The position numbers and the translations under genes were made by a program. From positions 10,478,001-10,542,000 of the forward strand of contig JBHGNT010000018.1 of NCBI GenBank assembly GCA_043228905.1: a stretch of DNA of 64,000 nt. Direction: 5' to 3'. The notes beneath the pieces were generated by a model that had not been told where the DNA came from, ran no database searches, and saw only the letters and a list, made by a program, of their open reading frames with translations. The stretch is from Azolla caroliniana (taxonomy: Eukaryota; Plantae; Polypodiophyta). Of this stretch, positions 49,101 through 62,239 are shown one piece after another (within the stretch, counting starts at the first letter, position 1; every line of letters starts with the position of its first letter).

Positions 49101-51462
49101 GTTCCAACTAGCCGTAGAGAGCAGGGATGTCACAACGATGCGGACTCCTCTCGGCCTAGTTCAGATGTGTACCCTGCCGCAAGGAGGAACGAACTCGGTG
49201 GCGCACATGGCGAATACGATGAACAAGGTGTTGAGGGACTACATCCCGGACATCACCATGGCGTTTCGGGACGACATCCCGATCAAAGGGAGTCCGGTGG
49301 AGGACAAGGACGAGTCGGTCGGGCCCGACGGTTGCCGGAGGTTCGTGACGGATCACATCCGCGACTACGAGAAGGTGCTACAAAGACTCGAGAGCGCTCG
49401 ACTCACCTTCTCAGGAGAAAAATCAGCCTTCGGACAGCCGGAGATCCTAGTAGTCAGACACCTGTGCGGGCCTTTCGGCTGAAAGTCGTCCCCGGCAAAG
49501 GTAGAAGCCATCTTCGCGATGAAGGATGATTGCGGGTTGGTCACCAAGGTGCGAAGGATCCTTGGGGCATGTGCGTTCTACCACATCTAGATTCCGCACT
49601 ACGCGCATGTCGCGGAACCGCTTTACGGGTTGCTGAAGAAAGGGCGTAAATTCGAGTGGAGAGACGAGCACACGGAGTCGGTCCGGAGAGTAAAGGAGGC
49701 GCTCGCCACGGCACCGGCTCTCCGGAAAGCGGTTTATAGTAAGGAAGTCCCCATTTACGTGATGATGGACACGAGCCCGGCCGAGATCGGGTGGGTGATC
49801 AATTAGGAAGATGAAGACGGCGTACGGTTCCCGATCCGGTTCGGGGCAAAGGTATTGAGTGAGCGGCAGCGAGGATACGCCCAAATCAAGCGCGAGCTAT
49901 GGGGTATCGTTTCAGTAGTTAAGGCCGACAAAGACTATCTGATCGGGATGGAAGTGATCATCAAGACGGATTGCCTACCGATTCTGGGTATGGTTTCCGG
50001 ATGCGCGACTCCGGACCTGGCGATGCTAAGGTGGATCGCGTACATCAAGTCCCTAAACCCGGAGATACAGCACATCTCCGGAAAGGATAACGCCATGGCT
50101 GATATGCTTTCAAGGGTGAGGTTCAGCGACGAGGATGGCATGGTTTTGGATAACGAAGAAGTCGACGAGGACTTCTTCGGGTCAGTTAACAACAACAAGA
50201 AAGGGGAGCACTCCGGCGCTTAACGAATTCAACGAGAGCAAGTACGATGGAGAGTGGCTCCAGATCGGCGGGTTCCTGAAGACAATGACACCAGACGCGG
50301 TGTGGACGAAGGAAGAGGCCAACCGGATTCGGAAGAAAGCGTACCGATTCTTCCTACGGGACGGGAGCATATGGAAGCACCCAAAGAAGAGAAACAACAT
50401 CCCGCTCCGAGTAGTGGCGAAGAAAGAGGAACAGGAAGAATTGTTGACGGCGTACCACGAGAGTCCCTGGGCCGGACACCGCGGGACGTGGGCCACATTC
50501 GAGAAGCTAAAGAGGAAGTACTGGTGGCCAGGACTATATCGGGACGTGCATCGGTTCGTGATGACTTGCGAAAGCTGTCAGGTCCACTCCATAGTTCGAC
50601 ATCGGGACAAGCTCCACCCGACCTACCCTCCGACCATCCACTTCAAGTGAATGGTGGATCTGGTGACGATGCTGATGGGGGTAGGACAGATGCGGTATCT
50701 GGTGCTGGCTCGGGAGGACCTGACGAACCAGGTGGAAGGCCGAGTGTTACAGAGCAAAACAACCGCGACCGCGTGCTGATTTCTAATCGAAGAAGTGGTA
50801 TGCAGGTATGGGTGCGTAGGTAAGATCGTGGCCGATCGCGGGGAATTGGACGCGCAAGAGGCGGAAGAGTTGTTTGACCGGCTAGGAGTTAAACTCTCGC
50901 TCACCACGGCGTACAATCTGGAGGCTAACGGGAAGGTGGAGCGCGGACACGAGCCGATCGTCAAAGCGTTGGTACGGGCGTGTGGAGGCCATGTCGGGAA
51001 CTGGCCGCGGCTCTTACCCTACGCGTTGTGGGCGGACCGAACTACGCACAATTCGGTAACCGGGTTCATACCAGCAGAGCTAATGAACGGGCAGAAGCCG
51101 ACCATGCCAACGGACCAGACAATCTCCTCATGGGCCATGGTGGACTGGAATAACGAGATGAGCCAGGAGGAGCTGTTAGCGGCACAGATTCGGTAGCTGG
51201 AACGAAGACCAGAGGACATGGACCGAGCCATGGAGAAGCTACCAGTGGCGAGGGTAAAGAACAAAGGACGGTTCGATCGGACTCACCGACTGAGACTGAA
51301 GAAGATCGAGGAAGGTGACTGGGTTCTAGTATATGACAACAACCTCGACAACCAACACCGGGCAACGTGGAAGTTTGCAAGAAGGTGGTTCGGGTCTTAT
51401 GCGGTGACGAGCGCCAACGACAATGGGACCTACCATCTCGCAGAGCTCGACGGGACAAGGAT
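46183..51462 (+). pseudogene. gag-pol of element D (many stops and frameshifts)
   Basis: Gag; CLWCDVVGHARKDC; protease LVDHNSEINLM; RT YSNRWFTVLKK..DLQPVN..GYDQ..LPQGGTNS..FRDD; RH RWIAYI..ADMLSR; INT GHRG/CESC, ADRG, ANGKVERGH. Confidence 0.9.
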
Positions 51463-51933
51463 TGTTATTCTCTGACCGGACAAGGCCTAACACAAGGTGT
51501 CACGGAGACACTTCACCAAAGGGTGATTACGGCATAGGATTATGACTCAACGATTACACCGACTTACGTAGGTTACACGATTAGAACGCTTTTGTTAATT
51601 ACACGCGTAAGATATAACAGTAATTACAGAACGGAAATCAACACAGAAGTATAAACACCATAAGCTCTATTAATTATCCGCTGCGATTACAATGGGGTTC
51701 GGGCCATTAAATAGGTTTCCGGCCCGTAGTACAAAACGGTGCCTATCGCACCTATTCGGGATCCGTCCGGATCTGGAATGGCATACCGTTTCCAGTCCGT
51801 CCGTCCACACTATGCTTATTTACAACCATACTTAATTAATTCCTTCACTCCGTATTTTGGACTCCTTGCCGGCCGGTAACACATGGCACGCCCGTGGGAC
51901 AGTACCTTGTACGTCGAACCCTTCTCGGCCCCT

Positions 51934-54594
51934 TCATTGTTCACCCAAATTGTCCAAAATACTTTGTTCCAGAGTTTCCACTTGTTCTTCCGGTTGTGGT
52001 TGTTGCGGCTGTGCTTGCTGCTGCTGCTGTGGTTGCGGTTGGGACTGAGGCTGCTCCGGCTGCTCTATAGGCGGCTGCTCCGTTTGTTTCTCTGACTCCG
52101 GCATCCCCGTTTGACTGCTTCCGGTCCGGTCTCCTTCCAGTAACGGTTCCTCATCACTGAGGTTGACCGTAACCGGTTCTCGTGCTTTCTCTTCCCGGAT
52201 CCGGGACCTCTCGTAGCTTTCAAACTGGATCTGCGCCTCCAGCCTGTCGTCGTCCAGCTGAGCTACAAGTTGCCGGATTTGCCCTAGTTAGTCCTTTGCC
52301 AAGGCTTGAAAGTCTTCGGCCAGCTCATCTCTTATGCCGGTGAAGTCTTCGGAAGTCAGCATATAGCAATCATCTCCCTCCTTCCGCCGGTTCTCTACGT
52401 CGGCCCGGAGCAATTGGAGTTCCGCCGCGTTCGTGGCCCACTTGGTCCACCATTTGACGGAACCGTTGTCAATCAAGCTCTTGGTCTGGTTCAAACAGGC
52501 CCGCATGATATCCTGGATGCGACTTGCTCCCATTTGCGCTCTACTTTCCACAACTTGTCGTTCCTCCTTCAACTGCTTGATGAGATTAGCCGTATCCTCC
52601 GCCTGCTCTCTGTAGCGCGTCAGCTGCCCTTGATATGTTGTTTGCAGCCTCTGCAGTACCTCCGCCGCTCTTTCTTTTTCCGCCTGCTGTTGCCTGAGGA
52701 GCTCTGTCCGAACCTTCTCCGCCTCTTCCAACCGTCTTCTGGTTTCCGCTTGTTCCTTAGCGTATGCCATTGCGGTCCGATCAACTGCTTGCCGGAGCTC
52801 ATCCGTCCGTTCCTTGTGCTCCGTTTGCAACCGTTTATACTCCCGGTGCAAGTGCTCAAATTCCTCCGTTTTTTGTTTGAGCTTGCCGTTGATCTGGCGA
52901 TGGTTCCGGTCCTCCCGGTCCTTTAGCTGCCGGAGTTCCTCTTTCAGGCGCTCTACTTCTGTTTCGGCGTTTCTCCGGAGCCTGTCCTTCTCTTGCAGCA
53001 TTTTCTCCTTTTCCTCCTTGAGCCGGTCGTACGCTTGGTGGCCTTTTCGTAAGCTCTCCTCGGCCCGGCGTAGATTCTCAGCAGTCTTTTTGAGTTCTGC
53101 CTCCGCTGCCATCTTCAACTCTCTTTCGCGGCTCCTCAACGCTTCTTGGGCAGCTAGCTCATCCTTTAAGTCCGCAAGCTCTTGGGCTTGTGCCGCATTT
53201 CTCTCCGGAACGGTTTCCGTTGCTGGGGTCTGATTGTTATGTACAGGTTGATCTGACGCTTTATTCTGTACATTGCCCGGAGTCACTGGTGCTTGGACTT
53301 GTGTTGTCAAAGCCAATTGAGCCATTTCCCTTGTGACCCTGTCCAAGTCTTGTTCAAGGCTCCTTATTCTGGACCGGGCCGTCTCTAGATCTACGGTTGT
53401 GACGAGCAACCGTTCGTGGTGCGCTCTCTCCTCCGCCTCTATGTACTCGACCGCTCCGGCGATTTGCTCGCCTACCCACCGTAGCCACATGCTACTGGTG
53501 CCTTGTTGCTGTACTGGTCGGGTCGGCTCGTTCACTGTGGAATTGTCTGGCCTGAGTGCCTGTATCTGCCGTTCTGGTTCTACTCCTTGGCCACTGTGTG
53601 TGCTGGCTGGGCTCGCCGGCTGTTGAGTTCCGGTTCTCGCCGTCTCCGGAGCCGTTGGAATGACTTCTTGTATCAAGGCCGGTTCTATACGCACCGGTTC
53701 CGGTTCCTCCCTTGTGGTTTGCTCAGGTTGAGTTTGGGGCGTTTCTTCCTTTTGCGGTTCCGAACGCTCCCCCGCTGTCCCGGCGGTCCTACTTCTTGAC
53801 CGTCGTTGGAGGTGCTCTACTGGCTCCTCCGTTTCCTCTTCCTGGGTATCGGCATGTATCTGTGCCGCCAAGGGTTCCAGTTCCTTCTGTCCCGGTCGCC
53901 GTATGGTTATCTTAACGGGTCGGACCGGTGACACCTCCTCCGGTTCTGGGAGCCGTTTCTTCCCTTTCGTCGCCTTCGACGCCAGCAGCTGCTGTCGTTT
54001 GGACGCGGGCTTCGAGGTGCTTCCTTCCGATAATCTTGGCCGCTTCTTTGCCTGAACGGTCTCGACCGGCGGTGCGAGCAATGTTATCCACTGAGCTACA
54101 GCATGCCACAGCTTCCGGCCCTCCTTGTCGTCCTTTCCTCGTACCGTGTCGATTGCCACGCACAAACCGTCTGCAATCAACACCGGCCAATCCACCTTGA
54201 TCCCTTCATAGGTGGCTATGATCATCCCTGCCCGATTTTTTGGCATGACAGGGGGTCGGGGGTACACGTGGCCGTACTCATGGAGCACTCGAGCTATCTC
54301 CCTGAATAGCGGATCTTCGCCGCCCTGCGTTCGATAGCCTTTGCCGGCTACAGAGTACTCACCGAAATATCGGATGAGTTGCTCCGAGGTTGGGTTATCA
54401 ATCTGAAAAATACCTCCCTCCGGAAGGCCTGTTAGCGCACGGATCGCTTCCTCGGTGATGACTTCTTTGTCGAGCTCCTTGATGACCTGGTCGGCTTCTT
54501 TGTGCGGTGGTGCCTCCATGATGGTCAAGAACCCATCCAGTCCGTGTTGCCTGAGCCATTTCCTGGCCGCTTCCGACAGCGTTTGTGGTTCCAT
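51934..54594 (-). CDS. Extra ORF of element B: N-terminal globular region, low-complexity linker, long coiled coil, Q/P/E tail (768 aa to TAA 52288; about 886 codons if that stop is a mutation)
   Basis: The frame stays open for 117 further codons (LGQIRQLVAQLDDDRLEAQ...QPQPQQQQ...LGEQ*) to TGA at 51934. Confidence 0.8.
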
Positions 54595-55004
54595 GTCTGC
54601 TTCGAGGTCGAGGAAAGATGGCGAGGTAGAGTGGTGATGAGAGTGAGAACGAGAGAGAGAGCGTTCCGAACGTGGGGGTTCTCTGAGTGCAGGTTCGCGT
54701 TTGCTAAGCTTCCACTGCCTTGGTGCTTCTGTGCTTCTTGGCTCGCGAAAAAAAAGGTCTCCATGCGTTCTTAATCTTCTCTGTGCGTCTTGGCGCCTTT
54801 TTCAAGCATGCGCACGTCGTGTACCAATTTAGTATTAAGTAATGTGGCGGCTCTTAAATGCCCACTACGTACCTTTTCGCTCCTTGCTTTCACGTCCGTT
54901 CATACCTCGATTTTTAATGATATCTTTTTTCTTCTTCTTCTTCTTCTTCTTCTTTTTTTTTTTTTTTTTTTTTTCTTTTCTCTTTTTAATGACGGTATGT
55001 GATC

Positions 55005-58000
55005 TTACACATCCATAGGTCCCTTCGGACCCTTACGGTTTTCCTTACGGGTTGCCGTGTCTTCCTTCGCCTCTGCTATGGGTTCCCCGTCGTCTTTTTC
55101 TTCCATCCGTACCGTTCCCGGACAGGTTCCCGGTATAGTGCCGGTGGGCTGCATAAACGGGTTACTTGGCATCGGTCCTTTATAGGGCTTTAGTCTAAAT
55201 CCGTTGACCCACTTGCCTAGCACTTCACCGGCAAGTGTCCCTAACTGATAGGACCCGTTGTATTCCCGTGTCAGCCAATACGGGCCTGTCCATCTAAACC
55301 GGAGTTTACCCGGCATCTTGCCCATCCTCGTTTGGAATACTAGCACCGGCTTTCCGATTTCGAACATCTTTTCATTACCTTTCCGGTGACGGTCAACGAA
55401 CGCTTTCCGTCGTCGTTGCTCCAGTTCCATGTGTAGGATGTTGGCCAGCCGTTGCTCCTCCAGTTCGCATAGTGCTCCTAGCCGCATTTCCCCCGACTCC
55501 TTTTCATTCAGCCGTTCCCGTAGTTGGATCCGTAAGCTTGGTACCTGAAATTCCACCGGCATGACCGCCTCTAAGCCGAACGCTAACCGGAACGGCGTTG
55601 TCCGGATACTTGTTTTGTATGCCGTTCGGTACGCCCATAGCGCACTATGGAGCTTTGTATCCCAGTCCGTCCGGTTTTCATTGACGATTTTGCGGAGAAT
55701 GTTCTGGAGCGTTTTGTTGGTTGACTCTACTAACCCGTTTGCTTGTGGGTAGTACGGGGTGCTCCGTTTATGGACCACGGCATAGAACGTTGTTAAGCTT
55801 TCCACTACCTGGCCAAGGAAGTGCCCTCCTTGGTCGCTGATTAATTCAATCGGACATCCATATCGGCACCAAATGTTCTCGTACAGGAATTTTGCTGTGG
55901 ATGACGCGGTGTTGTCTCTCAAGGCCTTAGCCTCCACCCATTTAGTGCAATAATCTGTTGCCACGATGACATAACAATTACCCGTTCTCATTGCCGGTGG
56001 CTTGAACGGTCCGACAAAATCCAACCCCCACTTCTGGAATGGCTCTAGTGGAAGTACCGGTTGGTGTGGCATCCGTGCTTGCTCCGTAGGCTGGCCCATT
56101 CGTTGGCATAGGTCACATTCCTTAGCATACTTGACGGCGTCTTTTAACGTCGTGGGCCACCATAAGCCGCTCTGCCATACTTTCCTTGCCGTCGCTTCCC
56201 CGACATAGTGTCCTCCGGCAACCCCACAGTGTGCTTCCCGTAAGATTACTTGTTTCTCGTCACTATGGACTGCCCGTCTCCATATTCCATCTGCTCCCTT
56301 GTGGTAGAGAGTGTCCCGTAACAGACAGAAGTTGCGGCTCTGCACCGCCAGTCGTTTCCTCTCGTCCCGGTTCATTTCCTCCGGTGGCAGGCCCGTGCTT
56401 AGGAACTGGTGCATGTTTGTCAGCCACCTATCTTCTGATGCCACCGTGTCGTCCGCTGCCGTTTCCGGGGTGATACGGAATAACTCTGCGTCCGGGAATT
56501 CATCCGATACTCCGTCGCCTGATTCTCCGGACTCTAACCGGCTCAGGTAGTCTGCTACGGCATGCTGGATACCGGGCCGGTGGAAGATCTCGAATTCGAA
56601 CTCCTGCAACAGCAAGGTCCAACGGGCCAACTTACCGGTCAGGGACGCCTTGGACACTAAGTACAGGAGCGCCGAGTGATCCACATGAAAGGAGAACTTC
56701 CTTCCCAATAGGTAATGACGAAACTTTGTGACACTGTAGATCATGCCCAGGGCCTCCCGTTCCGTAGTCGAATAGTTCTTCTCCGCTTGGGACAGCTTCC
56801 GGCTGGCGTAATATACCGGCCGGTACCATTTGGGCTCCGTAAGTTGCATTAAGGCGCTGCCGATAGCGATGTCGGAAGCGTCAACGAACACATGAAATTC
56901 CTTGCTCCATTCCGGAGGCTGCACGACGGGTGCTTGCGACAAAAGTACCTTCAGGGCATTGTATGCCTTATCCTCCGTATCCGTCCATTGGAACGGTGTC
57001 CGATGTACCGCGGTGTGTAATGGTGTAGCCAAGTCAGCCAAGTGACGGAGCATCCGGCTGTGCCACCGGATCTGTCCTAAGAATCGGCTTAGTGCTTTGG
57101 CCGTTTTCGGCGCCGGTGCCCCTAGTATCGCGTTTACTTTGTCCGGGTCGACCGCAATGCCCTCCTTACTTACAATGTGTCCCAGTAAGATTCCACTTGA
57201 CACCCCAAAGGTGCATTTTGCTGGGTTTAAGCTTAGCCGGTATAACCTACACTTTTCAAGGCATAACTGTAGGTGCTGCAAATGGTCTTTTTCCCGGCTA
57301 TAGACTGCAAAGTCATCCAGGAAAACCTGCATGAAGGCTGGAATGTATTCGCCGAAGATCTCCATGATAATTCGCTGGAAAGTTGTTGGTGCCGTTTTTA
57401 GTCCGAACATCATTACTACGGCCACAAACACTCCCCATTCGGTTACGAACGCTGTCTTCTCCTGGTCGTCAGGGTGCATCCGGATTTGATTGTATCCGCT
57501 GAACCCGTCTAAAAAGCTATAAACTTCATGGCCGGCGACGGCATCCAGTACTCCATCCGTGAACGGAAGAGGGAATGCATCCGTAATTGTGGCTGCATTT
57601 AGTTTCCTGTAATCTACACACACGCGGATTTTACCGTTCTTTGGGACGACGACGATGGGGCTCAGCCACGTCGCTTTCTTTACCGGCCGGATGAAGCCCA
57701 CTCTTAGGAGTTTGTCGATTTCCTCCTTCACTTTGGCGGCGTAGTTGGGGTTCATTCGGTAACGTCTTTGCGCCACTGGTTTCGCGTCCTTGCCTAAGTG
57801 GATCTGATGCTGATATAATTGAGGGTCCAACCCTCGCATGTCTTCGTATGACCAGGCGAATATGTCGCGAAACTCCGTGAGAAGTTTGATCATCGCCGCT
57901 TTATCTTTCGGCTTCATTTCTTTGGCGATGTGTACCGGCTTTGATTCGTCCTTGCTTCCTAGGTTCACTTCGTCGAGCTGGGATGTTTTTACCCGTTGGG

Positions 58001-60860
58001 AAACGGCCATTTCCCGTTCCAACGCTTCCTGTGCTTGCCGTAATTCCTGAATCGAATCTTTGTCTGGTTCGGCTTCGGTGTCGTCCCGCTGCGGCAAGTA
58101 TGGCGCTACGGCTTCAGCCACGTCAATCTCGAAGAGTGGTACGATCTTCGGGTGTTCCTCCAAGTACTGGGCTTCTTCGTCGTCTGCCAACCCTTCAAGC
58201 ATGTTCACGCATTCCGCATACAGCGGTGTGCATTCCTTACCGTTGCTCGTCCGTGGTTGTGTCGGTACCCGGACCTTGGCTTTTCCGCGTCGGAAGGTAA
58301 TCATATTTTTCCGCCAATTTTGCTTGATGTGTGTTGTTTTCAACCATGGTCTGCCCAGCAACAGTGGGTACGCGCCTTGCGCCTGTAGCTGCAGCACTAC
58401 AGCCGAGATGTGAAATGTGTGACCTCCTATGGTGACTTCCAATTTCCGTATTAAGCCCGTCGGCCGTACAGAGCTCGTATCCGCCATCCGTAGCCAGAAC
58501 GGACATGGCTCCCATTCATGTATACCCAAGGCATCACACGTGCGGAGGCTTATTACGTTCACCCCGGAACGTCCATCGATTACTGTGCCGGGAAGTTCGT
58601 GCCCTTTGACAATAGCTGTAATCACCGGACTACTAGTGTCCACCACCGTCGGTCTCTCCTCCGGATTCGAGAAGAGGACTGGTGCCGGTGGGGCTATACC
58701 GTCTGTCATGACCGTTTTTAGTCCTTCCGTAAATCGCGGCACGAGCTGCAAGAGTCTTCCTAATGGCAACGTGATCTGACATTCTTGCAGTGCTTGCCAT
58801 GTCTCGTTTTCTGCGTGGCTACCGCCGGCACTCCCTATGGTATTCGCCTTTTGCCGTTCCGCGTCCGCGACGTTCCTTTCATTGGCTTCCTTCACCCATT
58901 CCGTCGCCTGTTTTCGTATGGCCTCTTGTGTTTCCCACTCTTTGGCCATGCCTTTCGACCGTGTGGTTACTTGCTGTACATCCGCCACTTCCGGAACCAC
59001 CATATTAACTGCTGGTCGTTTATCGTAGCTCTTTGCCGGGCACTGGTTACTGTAGTGGCCTTCCTGCCTGTAGTAGTAGCAGTACTCTTTACGGGTATTG
59101 CTGGATTCAGCATTGCTGGTAGCCGGAGTCGGTCCCGTAGTGAGTGGTGCGCTCTGTGCCGGCTGGCTCCTTGGGGTTCCATGTTCCGGGTCCCTAGGGT
59201 GACCACCTTTCTTGAAATTACGTTTCTTATTATTCTTATTTTTATTTCGGTAGTCCTGTCGTGGTGGATCGTAACATCGGCCGTAGTCCTCCTGGTGCCT
59301 TCGGTAACCAGGGGAATGGTCTCTGTCGTATTGCTCGTGTCGTCTGTTGGACTCCCGATAACGGTCCGATCGCTCATACCGGTCGTAGTTATCATGCCGA
59401 TCCCTGTACCGGCCATCATTCTCTTGTCTGTCTCCGTACCGGACATCCTGTGCCGGTCGGTACCGGTTCATTCTTTGCCAACGATCTTCATCTTCGTCTC
59501 GGCTGCTTCTTGGCTCGATCCGTCGGACGGGTGGTGCTTGTCGGTTTAGCAGGTTATACTCGCACCGGTCCGTTGTATGACTCTTGGATTGACAAATCAC
59601 ACACTGGGTTCGCATGGTGCACTCCACTGCCGAGTGTCCGGCATTCAAGCAGATTGTGCATTGAATTGCCTGCCGGAACCGGAGATCTTCATCTGTGGGT
59701 AACGCCCGTTGCAGTGCTCCCAGTGTAAGCCATGAGCTTGACTTTTCCATTTCTCTGACCCGGTCAATGACCTGGTCAATGGTGCTTCCTCGAAAGTCGA
59801 TCACCGTACACACCGTGCGTAACGGTTCCCGGAGTGCGTTTAAAAATATCGTCCGTAATTCCTCCTCCGGGGGTGCACGGGCAAGCTGGCTATGCATTCG
59901 TTGGAAACGGATGACGAATTGGGGAATGCTTTCCCCTGCCTCCTGTCGGATCGTATAAAACAGGCCCACCATTGTCGTCTGGTCGACCTCTTTGTGGAAA
60001 AAATGCAAGAATTTTGCTTTTAATTCTGCAAAGGTTGTGATGGTCGCCGGGTCCTGCGTCCGCCGCCATCGTGCCGCTGGTCCTTCCAACGTGACCCCGA
60101 ATTCCGCTATCTTCGAGCGTTCTTCTTCCTCCGGTGTCAGTCGCTGGGACGCGTGATTTGCTTCCCATGTCTGCTCGAAGGCATGAACATGCGCTTCCGC
60201 TTCCGGATCATCGCGATACTTTGAGTATTGGAACGGCATGTCGTCGTCCAGTATTAGGCCGCGGTTTAGTGGCGTTTGTTGATATCTTTCCGGTTTTCTC
60301 TCCGGTTCCACTTCCGGTTCTTTTGCCGGTGCTTTTTCCGGTTCCTCTTCCGGTTCTTTTTCCGGTTCCTTCACCGGCTCTTTCGTTGGTGTCGGTGGCT
60401 TTGCTTCTTCCACTTCCGGTGTTGGTGGGTTGACGGCTTCCGTTTGCGGTTCCGGATAGCCCTGGTCGAACGGTTCCGGTTCTGGAGTCGGCACGGTATC
60501 CGACCCGTCGTCCTCCGGGCCGCCGGGGGTATCGTTGCTGCTCCGGTAGTTCGTGTGCACGCTGTATCCCCCTTCGGAATCCGATTCGTAGGCTGAATAG
60601 GCTTCTGCCTCGTTTTCTCCGCTTGCCAGCGCCTCGAGGAGGCGTTCGGTTTCCCGGAGACTACTTAGACTGCTTCCGTCGTCCTGGTCACGAGTTTGCT
60701 GTAACCGAAGAGATTCCTCCGCGACTCTCCGGATCTCGTTGGAAAACAAACGATCCGAGCGAATTTCGTGCGCTGCTTGCTGGAAAGTCTCACGCCGTCT
60801 TTGCCGTTCGACGAGGCGTCAAGCTCGGTCTGTAACCAGGTCGTGCGTTGGTCTAGTCAT
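55005..60860 (-). pseudogene. gag-pol of element B (single frame; one early stop at 60819-60821)
   Basis: The ATG homologous to the start in A is at 60860; codon 14 is TGA where A has CGA. The 1914-codon frame downstream holds all Gag/PR/RT/RH/INT motifs. Confidence 0.93.
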
Positions 60861-61541
60861 CCATTAAGCCGTCGTTCGCTGCGAGAAAGCAGGAATCGTG
60901 GTCGCCAAAACTGTGTTATTCTCTGACCGGACAAGGCCTAACACAAGGTGTCACGGAGACACTTCACCAAAGGGTGATTACGGCATAGGATTATGACTCA
61001 ACGATTACACCGACTTACGTAGGTTACACGATTAGAGCGCTTTTGTTAATTACACGCGTAAGATATAACAGTAATTACAGAACGGAAATCAACACAGAAG
61101 TATAAACACCATAAGCTCTATTAATTATCCGCTGCGATTACAATGGGGTCCGGGCCATTAAATAGGTTTCCGGCCCGTAGTACAAAACGGTGCCTATCGC
61201 ACCTATTCGGGATCCGTCTGGATCTGGAACGGCATACTGTTTCCAGTCCGTCCGTCCACACTATGCTTATTTACAACCATACTTAATTAATTCCTTCACT
61301 CCGTATTTTGGACTCCTTGCCGGCCGGTAACAAGGATGGCGGTACCAGTGGCGGGGAAAAGGATCAAAGCCTTCAAAAAGCGGCATGAGGCTGAACCGGA
61401 CTCGGGCGACCTGGATAGCGACAACGACCGCCTCGGAACGGATGCCGATCTGGAAGACGAAGGATAAGCGTGAGCCGGTCTTCTCCGGCAAGACTCTAAT
61501 TTTGGCACATACCGGTGGATGCGTGGTTAGGTGGGGGCGGA

Positions 61542-62239
61542 TGTCGTGGAGAAAACCATCCCTAGGTGGAAACCGCATATAACGTGCGTAAACTGGCCCT
61601 TACACGTGGGCACAAGTTTTGTTGTATAGTACGTAGATAGGTACAAGTCGACTGAGGTGAAATCCTAGGTAGCATGCATTCAGTAGGGAGAAAATCGAGG
61701 TGTATCCCTGTCTGAAAGGACAGGGAATAAACATGATGTAACGGGTGGTAACGGCCTCCCTCCTTGGGCTATAAAAGAGAGGGAGAGGTATTGAAAAAGG
61801 GATCACGTTTGTGGAGGATGAAGTGTTGTCGGACTGGAACCGAGCGCTTTTCCTCTCCTCTGTCGTCTCCATAATCGTTCTGTGCAGGTTTTGGGAGGCT
61901 GACTCTGCTCCATGGGACGTCCGAGTGCTTCTGACAGAGCCTCCATCTCGCGTTCAGTATCTGTGTGTGTCTATGTGTGTGTGTGCGCGCGCATAGGCAT
62001 CGGAGCCCATCACTCGCCGGCTTGCCGGTTGTAACACCTTGATTTATATATACATAAACATTCGTTCTGTCTCCATCTCACGTTCTGTAGCTAGTTGCAA
62101 TTCCTGTGATTCTGTGGGTCTGTGCGCATGTGAATTACATCGTTAGAGTCCTTCCCCTCCCCTCATTCGGTTATTTCTCGGTCCGAGGCCCTGGTGGTCC
62201 CGCCTCGTTCTCCACGCACACACGACGAACAACGCGACA
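61542..62239 (+). repeat. 3' LTR of element D
   Basis: TGTCGTGG...AACAACGCGACA; CTATAAAAG near 61769; preceded by the PPT. Confidence 0.88.

Larger units (their letters stand above)
51463..61332 (-). mobile_element. Full-length Ty3/Gypsy element B (9870 bp) with extra 3' ORF
   Basis: 419-bp LTRs at 51463-51881 and 60914-61332 (5 visible mismatches, all transitions); TSD AGGAT; PBS TGGCGACCAC after a CAGTTT spacer. Confidence 0.97.
46115..62239 (+). mobile_element. Ty3/Gypsy element D (fungal-like lineage), degenerate; 5' LTR mostly deleted; hosts element B
   Basis: 5' LTR remnant 46115-46182 matches the start of the 698-bp 3' LTR 61542-62239; PPT AGGTGGGGGCGGA; integrase reads across B (ELDGTR|MAVPVAGKRIKAFK). 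Confidence 0.9.

Noticed and set aside
52288-54594. Retroviral env gene or host myosin/SMC gene
   Set aside because: No hydrophobic signal or TM segment and no motor or ATPase motifs; it lies inside an LTR pair with a TSD.
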